Of a stretch of DNA of 64,000 nt, positions 23,442 to 34,914 are shown in pieces. Numbering within the stretch: position 1 is the stretch's first letter; each line of letters opens with the position of its first letter. Origin of the DNA: Haplodiscus bocki (lineage: Eukaryota); contig OZ296649.1 of assembly GCA_965655095.1 (NCBI GenBank), positions 66,030,001 through 66,094,000 on the forward strand. Reading direction: 5' to 3'. The notes below the pieces were generated by a model, which was given only the letters and a program-made list of their open reading frames with translations, searched no databases and was not told where the DNA came from. The translations under genes and the position numbers were made by a program.

Positions 23442-24500
23442 TTATAAAATAATTAGTCGACATTTAAAGCTTATTGTTTGATTATTGAAGTCAAGTGGTT
23501 TACGATCGTCATCCTCTAGATAAAATTTATTGTGAGACAGAACAGATTTTTTTATCTTTTCAAAACGTTTGATTCGTGGATCTTTGTATAGTTTATGTCC
23601 TTGTGGTTTATCTAAAGCAAGACTGTACAAAATAGGTTCTCGACTCCCATTTACTATACTTGCATTAATGCAATCACATTTTAGCTGAAAATCATCAATT
23701 GCCGTACTTTTTATCGGTTTATCGCATTTATATGTAAATGGTATTAATCGAGCAAACCCTTCGATTTCACCTAAAACACCTGATTGGGATTGAGTAAAGC
23801 CTAGAACCGTATAGAAAAACGACTTTTTAGTAAACTTTTTTGACTTATTAGTGGTTAAGTTTGACTTAAACCTAACATCATCAATTTTAATATTTTTTTT
23901 TACCTCATTAAGAAGTAAAGACTTTAACATCAAACTAATAAAAACGATTTCATACATACCAGGTGGTAATGTTTACCCCTTTGTTGATCCAGTTATATAC
24001 TATATGTCAAGCATATCTACAAATTCATCATATGTTAGTTGCATTCTATATACCATATCTTCAAGATCATTGTATTTTGCGTTTCTAATTCTTAAAGTAT
24101 TTCACATTTAAAACTATCAAGAGTAGATAAAAAATAATCTTTTATTAAAGTTATACCTTTTTTCCAAACTTGTTCAACATGTAAATCCATATCATTTTGA
24201 GATCTAAGCTCTTTTGATTTATTTAGTTTGTCAATAGTTTGTCGGCAGATTTAGAGTTGCAATGACCTGGTATAGTAAATGAAAAAAGTGTTTTTTTCTT
24301 AAGTTATATTAAAAACAGAGTTGGTTGCTTCAGAAAAAGTCACTGTTATTAACCGTCTACCCTCTTCAACTAGGTTTTTTGATCGTGAAAAGGTAAAACT
24401 TTCCATCTGTTTATTCATTTTAAATTCAAAAGTTTTTTGTGGTTTTGTTATTGTTTAGTCTATTAACGTATCAGTACGATTTTTTATTAAAAGTAACATT
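23442..24500 (-). pseudogene. Minor capsid protein (penton) paralogue 2
   Basis: KKSFFYTVLGF...LKCDCINASIVNGSREPILYSLALDKPQGHK...FYLEDDDRKPLDFNNQTISF. N-terminal KPQKTFEFKMNKQMESF is homologous to paralogue 1. Confidence 0.75.
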
Positions 24501-24719
24501 TCAATATTCTTTCAAAGTTTTGCAACTCCTTCTGCTGTTTCATAATATTTATTGAGTTATATATTTTTTGTGACAGTTTTTGTTTTGTTTTGTTTTTAGG
24601 AAGTGAAACATTGGTTTGAAATCGCTTTGTGAATTGTTATCTTTGCTGATATATTTTACACTGCTATCAATAGTTACTTTTCTTAATGTCAATTATTTTG
24701 AAGAAAACGTCAACGTTAT

Positions 24720-25140
24720 TGTATCATTTGACAGTATAATGCCAAAACAGCAGATTTGAAATCTATTCCCATGACTTTTGTCAAGTAAATTTTATAAAAA
24801 CAATAACCTGCACAAAAGGAATCTCTTTTACTTGTCAGACTTTTTATTTTGTATTCGGAAGTTAAACCCTTGTCAATATCGTTTTATAATAAACTTAGAT
24901 TATAGTTTCTGAAGAGGTAAACCACTATATGAACCAAAAAAACTTCGTGAACATATAATACCCACTGAGTACCTTGAAATGGATGTTAATTAAAACTTCC
25001 CATATCAGATAGATTCAAATGGACTATCTCTTGAAAAGATTCCTACATCATTCAAAGGCAAGGATGAAAGGACATGTTGTTTTTTTATATTTGATGTTGC
25101 TTTTTTTTGTTCGAAAACAAATCATTGAATGACATCATCT
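24720..25140 (-). pseudogene. Adenain-like cysteine maturation protease
   Basis: HPFQGTQWV (GTHWV with His mutated) and DSFCAGYCFY motifs; frameshifted. Confidence 0.7.
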
Positions 25141-26040
25141 ACTTTCTCTAAATCAAGTTTACGTCTTTGAACAGACAAAATTCCTCTAAAACCGCATCAG
25201 TATCGGTAAGACCATCAAATAAACCAACTTTGTCATACAGTAATTGGATAGACGTTTTCACATCTTTTTGAAATAACACCCCTTCTATTGATTGTTTGTT
25301 GATATTTAACTTACATTCAATGTGTTTTTTTTCTATATAGGAGGTCTGACCTTTTCCTTTTGAAAATTTTTTATCTAGATAAGCTTTGATTAATACATCT
25401 GTGTTATCAGTAGGTTCAAAATATGTTGCTTTTTTATCTTTTTTTTGAATATCGATTACTTCAAGTTTTAATTGTTTAAGTTAAGTACCTCGTACTTTAT
25501 CTTTTTTAGAGACAATAATATCGAGTTCACTTTCCCATAGTTTAATATATCTTACATATGCCATTTAACAATCGTTTTTCATCTGTTTTTCCATTCTAGT
25601 CATAATTAAACTTGCTTTTTTTCACCTTCAATCTGTTTTAACAGTTTTGGTTCAGATTCGTCTAACCATTTTTCATCGTAAAAGCCCTTTTTACCTGTCG
25701 TAGATTCGTTTTTTGTAGATAATTCTACTATATCATCACCTTTTACATCAAAAGCTTTTTTAATAGCAGACATCATAGAAGCTAATTGTTCTACTTTTTA
25801 ATTGTGTTGCTAAAGATTGACAGTTGAAAGCTTTTAAATCTTGTACCAATTCTAATTGTTTTATCGTCAGAGATAATTTGCATGGCTAATTCCATTTATA
25901 AGTTATTCTATTGGAGAACTTGATCTAAACAATTATCAATAATTTCAGTTTTTGTTCCACCTTTCAGTTTGTTTTTCTCAGGTTTAACCGTTTCAATATA
26001 TGAAGTGGATTCTTTTGAGGTCAATTGAGGTCTTTTAAGG

Positions 26041-26394
26041 CTAATTGAGGCCTTTTGAGGTCATCTGAGGTCTTTCGATGTCATGTTCACGATTTGAAAT
26101 CTTCTGTTTTCTTTTATGACTATTCTGTGTGATTCTATGGGGTGAAAGCATACTTATATCTTGTCTACATCGTTGTAAAGTACTACTTGAACAACCTAAT
26201 TCTTTTGCAAGATCGGATCGTTTTATTTTTGGTTTGATAGACTTAATTTCGATAAATCTAGCCATCAGATCAAGTTCATACTCTCGCAGTGTTAAATTAC
26301 TATCAAGGTTACATATTTGAGAATTTTGTTGTAAAGAAAACTGTTGTTCGATTAGGTTTTCAAAAAAAAAGAAAAAATGAAAACAAAGATACAA
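26041..26394 (-). CDS. Polinton small helix-turn-helix-like protein
   Basis: KIKRSDLAKELGCSSSTLQRCRQD fits an HTH pattern. Confidence 0.6.
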   Translation of the reverse strand: MYLCFHFFFFFENLIEQQFSLQQNSQICNLDSNLTLREYELDLMARFIEIKSIKPKIKRSDLAKELGCSSSTLQRCRQDISMLSPHRITQNSHKRKQKISNREHDIERPQMTSKGLN

Positions 26395-26710
26395 TTATAG
26401 TGGAAAAAGCTAGAATTTTTTAAAAGCATGTTTTTTGTTTCATTGTGGTATCGACAAAGTTGGCATATTCGCGAAGCGAAAGGTCGACGTAGTCGACATA
26501 ATGTCGAGGTAATTTTTTTAATGTTCATTTTTAGAATATATATTGGAAGAATCAGTTCATGACAACAAAGACATTATTGAATACAGGTAATCGTAAAAAC
26601 AGTCACGATTGAGGTTCAACATAAGTGCATCCGGTTTATTCTCCTGGTTACTTTATTCATCTCAAATTTTTAGTTTTCAATGAATGTTTTCTTGGTAAAT
26701 GAATGCTGTG

Positions 26711-27200
26711 ATGTGGTTTTGTGATATATGTGATAAAACAAGTAAAAATGAAAGTAAATCAAAACATATGTAATCTAAATCTCATACACACAAAGAAACT
26801 AATAGTGTCGTTGTCATAGAATATGAATTTGTTTGACTAGATAATATTAGGATAGATTATAAAATTAATAATTGTGCTAGAGATTGTTGAAATAAGCATT
26901 TTCACACATTTAAATTAGGTGTATAAATGACATTTAAATGACGAACGGTGATTTCGTCACTGGTGCAATTTCCGGTAAAAAGTTGAAAAAAATGCTCAAC
27001 AATGTTGTTTTATACATAAACTAACATTGAAAATTTTTTCAAAACTATAAAACTCAAGTTTACGTTATTTTTTGAAACTCCAAATACCAATAATGCACCA
27101 CCAATCTCCTAGCAGAAAATTACAGAATGGAAAACATGTAGAACGTTTTTGTAGTAAGGGAAATAATTTTTTTCATTTCGCGTCTCGAAGATGAATTTTA
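26711..27200 (+). pseudogene. Polinton C2H2 zinc-finger protein remnant, divergent from the HTH gene
   Basis: MWFCDICDKTSKNESKSKHM*SKSH. Confidence 0.55.
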
Positions 27201-27570
27201 TACGATCAATGAAAATTTTTACTTATACAATATATCCAAAAGATTTGTAATTTTACAAATACAAATCTTTGTAAACGTAATCTTTTAACTTTCTATCAAA
27301 ATTCCACTGGCCAAGTTTCTATTCCACCATTTCTATCAAGTCCGAGTGAACATTCCTGGCAGAGTTCCGCTTTGATCTATTTAACGTTTTCAAGCTTCAA
27401 GTTATAGGCAGTTCATCCTATAGCTTTTGTGCATTATGTTGCAAAGACAGGGGGACTTTGGCTAGCGGTGAACCCCAAACACTATGAAAACCAATCAAGC
27501 ATAGTCCAAACATTAGTCGATGTTACAAAATCTACTAGGCTATAGGAGACAGAATAGGAAGAGAGAAACT

Positions 27571-27921
27571 AGAATAATAATACATATTCTATTATGTCGA
27601 CATAATTGATAGTGATGAATTTTTTCAGTCTCGTGTATGCGTATACTTTGTTGACATAGTTGTTATTGGTATTCTTTCAGTCTCGTGTATTATGTCGACA
27701 TAGCTCAGTCTCGCTCACAATGTATATGTGTACGTGCAATTTTTTTTGTGGAAATATGAAAATAATTATACACCTTTTCATGCATTCGACTATGGCTTTT
27801 GTGTGGTGGAGAAAAAAAGTGAGAAAAAATTTTGTTAAGTTTCTTGGGTTACGTTGATGTGGGTGAGAATTATATTAGTCAAAGTCGGTATGGGGTTTGA
27901 CTGGTATTATCAGCACCTATA
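27571..27921 (-). repeat. Right terminal inverted repeat of Polinton
   Basis: Inverted copy of the left TIR. Mirror ORFs 15499-15696(-) and 27660-27857(+) are near-identical. Confidence 0.95.
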
Positions 27922-28717
27922 CAATTATTGAGGTTTATTTAACAAAAATCGGAAAAACTTTCAAAATTGGAAAAAGTACATAAATTGATGATGAAATTGA
28001 CGCTTTAATACTTTGAAAGGCATCTTTAACATTATTGGTAGGCGGCAAAACTACTGGTGTTAGCCGTTTGTTTTGTTTTGAAACAGTTAAAATTCAACTA
28101 TCAAATACACGTTGGAGAAAAATTATCGGAGGTCGAGTGCAATGTTTGAAGTTCATTTGGAAACGTTTTTGATACAACATGAAACGAAAAAGAGAATTAT
28201 CGCGGAAAAATCTCAATCTATTGGACTTCAACTATCATCTTTCCACTGACAACATAACTTGACATTGAAACCAGAAAACGCAAGACTTGTCTATGACGAG
28301 TCCTTTACATGCCGAGCGCCCGAATCTAGATAAAATAGGAAAATTTTTTAACAAAAACAGCTTTACAGAAACACAATAGCTCTTCATGACATTCGAGATG
28401 CATTTTCGAAATTGTTTTCCTCACTTGCAACTAAAATCTCAGAAGAATGTTTTTGAATTGTCAGTTCTTATCGCGTTGTTTTAAGCTTCAGAGTTACTTT
28501 CGTCAGGCGGTGTGACTCCGATTTTTTAGTTAAAAGTGTTTGTTTTATTTACCTTGACAAAGGCCAAAAGTAGCCTAGAAGCCTCGTCTATAGTTGCGGC
28601 AAGATCTCTAAATTTAAAGGGTTCTCCACTTGTCAAACTTGAAAACCCTGTTGAAATCGGAGGTACAACCAGGAGCACTTTCTTCAAAAAAATTTTAACC
28701 TGTTTTTCTGAAAACTT

Positions 28718-29511
28718 TCTGAGCGTGTGATTTTCGGTCAAACTGTGTTCTCGGGATCAAAAATTGAATTACCTCGTCACGGATACTCCGTTGAGACTCA
28801 TCGTTTGCGTTTAGTCCGTGAAATGCGTCGTTCCTATCGAATATTTTCAAAAGAAGCAGTGATCACTAAATGTTGTCCACGAACCGAAATTGCGGCAACA
28901 CTAGCAGCGTGTGTCCAGATGACGCACTCATTGACCTGATTGCTAATTCAGTTCACGGTGTGATTTTATCAACAATCACGGTCAATATAGCGCTCTGGAT
29001 CTTATCTATAACCGTTTCAGCAACAAAACCCAATTCCCTAGTAATTCTATCAATAAGACTTCTTTCCAACGTTTGAATTGTTACTGCAATCTCATTGGTT
29101 GCTACTGCGCCGTTATTATCATCAACAGTAAGTTCTCGGCCAACTAGACCGTTATCGACTTCAACATTTTGTCTTTCACTATTCAGTGTATCGCTAATCC
29201 GCCAAGAAGCCTCCTGTTATGCTGTCTCTTCTTTCGAGTCGAAATCATCCTTGCTTTATGAAGTGAGTTGCACCTAATAAACAAATCGATCAACGAGTTT
29301 CAAAACAAACAGCAATCAAACAGCTGCATGTTTGAAATCAAGTGTTTTCAGTTTTGTTGATAGTTTTGGGGCAAAAAATTTGGGAGATGTTCTGAGAAGT
29401 TTGAAGTTTACTTCGGGTAAACATCGGTTCGCAATTTTGTGGCTAACCATTGGGTTCGGCAACGAATCAACATACACGCTTGCTGACGTCATCCCTGTAA
29501 GTTCGACTACA
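28718..29511 (-). mobile_element. Solo LTR, family A (old, diverged)
   Basis: Homologous to 5866-6758 (e.g. CATTGACCTGATTGCTAATTCA). Begins TGTAGTCG with TGACGTCA at 29484. Homology ends at the LTR/PBS boundary. Confidence 0.72.
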
Positions 29512-30555
29512 AAAAGGATGAAAACAATTATGCCTCAGTTTACATGACTTCTTTTTGTTAGCCTTCTAAAAGTAGCACCGTTTTCCACATCAAAAAGGAA
29601 AACGCTGAAAAATCATCACGATCGAAATTAGCTTACAGAAAGTTAAATTGAGATGAAGGGTACAGATAAAGATCAAATACAAAGTAATATGCTTGATTTT
29701 TATTGTTAGAAGATGTAGTGCGATGGACCTGTTATTTTCTAAGGGCTTCATTGCAATAGACAATCAGTGTGTAGTCTTATCAGCAGTCAGATTGACCGGT
29801 TTTTGGCATTATGTAATCGGCTGCATTTGAGCCGCAGTTATTTAATCGCACTGTGATTTTTAGCCACCATATGTCTATATATATATGAAGTGGGACAATT
29901 CAATTACTTGGTAACACGTTCATGTGGAAGCACGGTTTTCATTGATTAGCTTCGTTAAGAAAACAAAAATGAAGTTTTCTGTCGTTACGACCTATTTTTT
30001 TCCACAAATGTATGCTATTATTTGTTTTTACTACTCGATTAGTACCGCAAAGTAATATTCATGGCACAGATGGAACTGTTTGACTGTGTCCATGAAATTG
30101 GATAACGTGCATATTTTGTAGTCATATGACGTTCACTAGTATTGCCTTGTGACCAATCCGGATTTTCATTGGAGGTTTGATGGGCTCAAGCACTGGCAAT
30201 TGGAGCAAAAATCAATATTTAGCCATAAATTTATATAATTACGTAGTTTAACAATATTCCTAGCATCATTGCCTGGTTAATGTTAATTTCAGGTAAATAC
30301 TGCCTCTATTTGCCGTCTTTCTTCCTTCATTTCGAAGCGACCGTTCAATTATAGCAAACTGGTCAGAAGTAAGTCTCAATGACCAACTTTGACCACAACA
30401 CTATTTTTGCAGCGCAGCTACTTGAGCAAGAAAGTTTGTCAATTTAAATTACTGGAGCAATCAGAATCGAGCATTGTACTGCGCGTTCAAAATGCATCGT
30501 AGACAGTAGTTTGGAATTTTTTTCAATTTAGTACCATCACATTTTTTGCGTGCAT

Positions 30556-30755
30556 NNNNNNNNNNNNNNNNNNNNNNNNNNNNNNNNNNNNNNNNNNNNN
30601 NNNNNNNNNNNNNNNNNNNNNNNNNNNNNNNNNNNNNNNNNNNNNNNNNNNNNNNNNNNNNNNNNNNNNNNNNNNNNNNNNNNNNNNNNNNNNNNNNNNN
30701 NNNNNNNNNNNNNNNNNNNNNNNNNNNNNNNNNNNNNNNNNNNNNNNNNNNNNNN
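30556..30755. other. Assembly gap (200 N)
   Basis: Run of N; a round length suggests a scaffolding placeholder. Confidence 1.
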
Positions 30756-31783
30756 AGACAAGGACGACAATTCAGGCAGTGAGCGAGAAAATCTTTTCTT
30801 TCACTTGATGATGGGATTATAAAAAAGTCAAGTTCAGACATTTAAAAGGTGAGATCTTCTACCATATGTATGACGCGCCAGTAAAAACTGATTTGGGAGG
30901 TACTCCGGCATCGTATAAAAAAACGATTAAAAATCAAGTAGTTTCGCATCCCGCTTTTTATCAGATTTACACTCAAAAGCATCAGTTTAAGAATTCGGGT
31001 TTTGAATAGTTTGGTCAGTGGAGTATCCTAGATTTTACGTTTTTGGTGAACGATAAAAATAGTTTGCCACCATTGAGGACGCATGTGTTTTGGATAGTAA
31101 CAAAGTCAATCAAACGTATTCTAGTTATTTGACGAAGCGGATCGATCAATTGCGACACTTCAATTTTGAGACAGTTCTGACCGTACATTAAGTAGAGCAG
31201 ACAAGGTATCTAGAAAGTTGTCTACGTCATATGATAAACCATAGAGGTCCCAAACACTTTGGAAAAACTTAGTGTATTAATTGTATTGTTTCGGAAGTAT
31301 CAATCAACATACTAGCAAGGCAAAGTGGCTGCGGCGAAAAATTCCAACCAAAACGAATTCAGACTCAATTAAATCATACGTAAACGAGAAGTTAGGCGGA
31401 GAATTGAACTAAAGCAAATAGCCACAGAAAAAAAACAGCATTATTGTGCCTTTGAAAAGAATGACATCAGCTTTGATTCGGGGAAATTTTTCCTCAAACG
31501 AAAACTACGGGGCCAAGAAGAATTCTGACAAGTTACATGAACAGGCCATCCAACTGCGAAAAAGAACAATAAAATCAACTACATTTTGAATGACATCGAG
31601 TAAAAATGAAACAAAGACAGCACTTCATTCGTTGGGGAAAAATTACTTGCAGCTACATTTGAGTCAGATACGGATTTGAATGCCTAATTTGAAACGATAA
31701 AAAAGTTTGATCACGAAGTTTTTACAAAAATAAACTCAACCTCACCAAAATAATTCCAGAGCTTCAATTTGGACAAACACGAT

Positions 31784-33009
31784 TGTCACGACAATCTTTT
31801 GGGCCTAAGTTTTGTGTAGTCTGGCCGCGGAAGATGCCTGCTTCAGGATGAGGATCACTCTGGAGTCGTCCTCATTCGTTCCCTGGTTTTTCCACGTTTG
31901 TGTTCCGGAATGTTCCCGGAACGGTTTCGGAATGCGTATGTATCTGTTGGTTCGAGAGAAATTCGTCTAATTTAGTCAGAGCACCCAAAATGCGGGACTA
32001 TGTCCTGCTCAACTCCTGGGACAGTTTTTTATCGACTCTGCCTTCAATCTCCTCAGAAACTTTTGTAATATATTCCTCGTTAATTCTAGGAACGGAAGTG
32101 TTTCGTGACTGGCCGTTCTTAGGATGTTGCTCTTGTGTTTCACTTGTAACGGCTGCCAATTTTCGTTTGTTTCTCAACGTTGCCATTTTTTGAAGGGAAA
32201 TGCTACGTGGTTATGAAGACTGAATTATTTTGTATTTGTTAATAAACTTGGGATTATAACAAAAATGTTATTCTTTAAAATAAACAACTAGTCGCAATCA
32301 GTACAGTCAACTGATAATCAAAGTGATATTAAGAATCTCCCTTTAATTCTTTCGTTTCTCCTATTTGTACCTCTTCCTTGGCGGGAAACTTAATTGTTTA
32401 CACGCCAAGTAAATGTACAAGGTAGGGAAAAGTACTTTGATCATAATAATTACAAAGAAAATATGCCGACTCTGGCGGGAAATAAACACATTTCCCTCCA
32501 TTTCTTCCTTTACAGACCGCGTCTTTTCCATCTTTCGACGGAAAATATACGGGTGTGATCAGTCCGAAATGGATAACAAAGTGCTTATTCCCGCGCTGAC
32601 ACAATAAATAATAACATAAACAAATGATTAGAAAGATTTTCCATAAGAGGAAAGTATTGAAAAATGCACCAAAATTAAGTAAAATACACTAAAATAATAA
32701 TAGAAAATCATAATTACATGCTTGGTATTACAATTGCATCAATTTAATTCACTTTCGGAACGAAACTAGGCTTTTTCCTAGCCCGTTCCACGTTTTTACT
32801 AGCTCACGCCTCAATTTGGCCGGAGCGTTCCGTGGCGGCTACGTAGCCGCTTGTAGCACTGCCTTCCGCAGTACTACTGAGGAGAATGATTCTGGTGGCT
32901 ACGTAGACGTCCCGTGTCCGTCCAAAGTGAAACAGCGCAAAAGCACAGCGGATTGGTTGAAAGTTTTGTGACGTCACCAGATCGGTAGCCTCGTAACGCG
33001 TACGTAACA
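31784..33009 (-). mobile_element. Solo LTR-like element, family B copy 2 (ORF MATLRNKRK... from 32186, one in-frame stop)
   Basis: Inverted homologue of 10828-12080; TGTTACGT...CGTGACA ends. Confidence 0.78.
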
Positions 33010-34914
33010 AAATATTCATTCCTAGCTTAGAGTAGCTGCTAGGTAGGTACGTGTTCGTTACCTAAAAGTTGCGTCCCAATCTGGTTCAGTACATGGGAGT
33101 GCTACGTATAAAATACGTAGAATTTGTAAGAAAATATACTGGGGAGTGATACGTATTTGATACGTATCAACTACATGTAAAAGCAATGAAATATTACTGC
33201 AATATTAATACATGAATGGAAATTGTCTAAAGTATTGATACAGTTTCTTTTAATTTTCAAGCAATCTGGGGATGTCCTTTTCTTTCTTTATGCTCGTAGG
33301 CTTCGCGGATATACTGCGACAACGATTTTGTTTACTGGGTTGAGCACTTGATTGTACCACAAGAAATAGGGCGCCGATTTTTAGATTTTACCCGTGGTAG
33401 CAGAAGAAGTTGATCAAATAATAACAGATTCTGCCTCGTCTTTTGAGACTTCTAAAGTGTGGAAGCGATCAACGTTTGAGTCGCTGGATGAAAATGTAAA
33501 ATGGCCAGACCCTATGCTATGTTTAAACGCAGGCCACCAAGGTAAGTAGGCGCACAGGATTCAGCAAACAGAATTTCTTTCGAAATACTTTAAAGGTAAC
33601 GGCAAACTGCATCATCTTATTCGAGTTGTGATGAGGTGGCTGAGGATTGGTAGTAGGATAACAACGGAGCATGATCAATCAGATTCATCCTGCAGGGTAG
33701 TCGCTTTTCGGGCAGGGCGTCCTGCCAATATAAAAACCTTTCTTAGAGTCTTTTTGAGAAACCACCAACTATTGTAAGCACAATTATAACTAAGAAACAT
33801 GCTAAAGTTTTGGATATGAAAACGGAACTTCGAGGGGTTCTTGCTGGTTTTAGAATGAGGAAATTGCAATTTCCGTTATTTATTGATGAGAAAAACAAGT
33901 TAATCAGAAACTCCAAGGTGCCTCTTTTGTTGGAGAAGAAAGTATCGACTGACTCACAGGACCGATGTAATTCACATCTTAACGCAGCGGGAAAAAACAT
34001 ACTCAAAACAAGCAACAGTAACAAAAAACGAGAAAAGTGAAATCTTCCATTTCACTTGGGCGGAAGGAAAAGAAGCATTTGAAATGATGAAAAAACCAGG
34101 AAAAAGTCAGGTGCGTCGTAGTTTTTAGGAAATCGCAGAGGAACTTCAGAAGCAGGCGCCGAAAGCATTTAGGACAGGGGAACGCAGTGACAAAGCGGAA
34201 ACGGATGGTAAGAGGTTCAAAAAAAGTAACGAGCCACTATACAAACTTTTTAATTGAACAAAATGACGCTTAAGAAGAGCTGCGAAACTCCAAGAAGTGA
34301 ATGAAACTGCGATTCTATTGGAATCATCTGACAGTGCGGAACATTTCCCAGAAGTGAAAAAGGCAGAAGAGCAACCAGAGCCGAGCCTGGCGCGATTGAG
34401 TAATATAACTGAACCGAATTTAGCATATGCGAGGCGCAGTACGAGTGTAAAAATTTCTCCAAGTACGTTTGGTAACCCCTTTAGATCCACAATGTGGGGC
34501 AGGAAGATGAACCAACTGTCAGTGCTTGAAGCAAAAGCAAGAAAAGCAAAGAATCCTGTGTGAGCCGCGCGCGGAAGCATCTTCCTTTCAATGAGAAAGC
34601 CTAAATCTTGATTAAAGTCAAAAGTGACAAAGTTTGAACTGAAGCAGAAGTTTGTGAAAAATTTATTATCATGATGCTATTATGTTACCTTGTGGTAATA
34701 AATGTTAGTCTTGTCAATTACTGTAAACGAAAACTTGATTTGAGTGGTTGGTGCTAGGTCAAGTTACAGGTCAGAAGGGGGTGGGGTTGAGTGCTGAATT
34801 AGGGTCAAAATATTTCCAATATAATTCCAAAAACGGCCGAGTGGGAGTGACCAAATTTAGATTTAAACAATAACGGTGAGTGTTTATTCTGATAAAATTA
34901 AATTGGATCAGCTT

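Larger units (their letters stand above)
15435..27921. mobile_element. Polinton/Maverick (adintovirus-like endogenous virus), decayed, lacking a recognisable pPolB core
   Basis: ~350-bp terminal inverted repeats; flanks AAATTA/CAATTA (5/6 match, 6-bp TSD). Remnants of rve integrase, MCP, pentons, A32-like ATPase and adenain-like protease. Confidence 0.93.

Noticed and set aside
30461-30841. ORFs spanning the N run
   Set aside because: Artefacts of translating the assembly gap.
33800-34600. Lys/Glu-rich ORFs 33810-34040 and 34297-34563
   Set aside because: No recognisable domain; probably the decayed interior of an old repeat.
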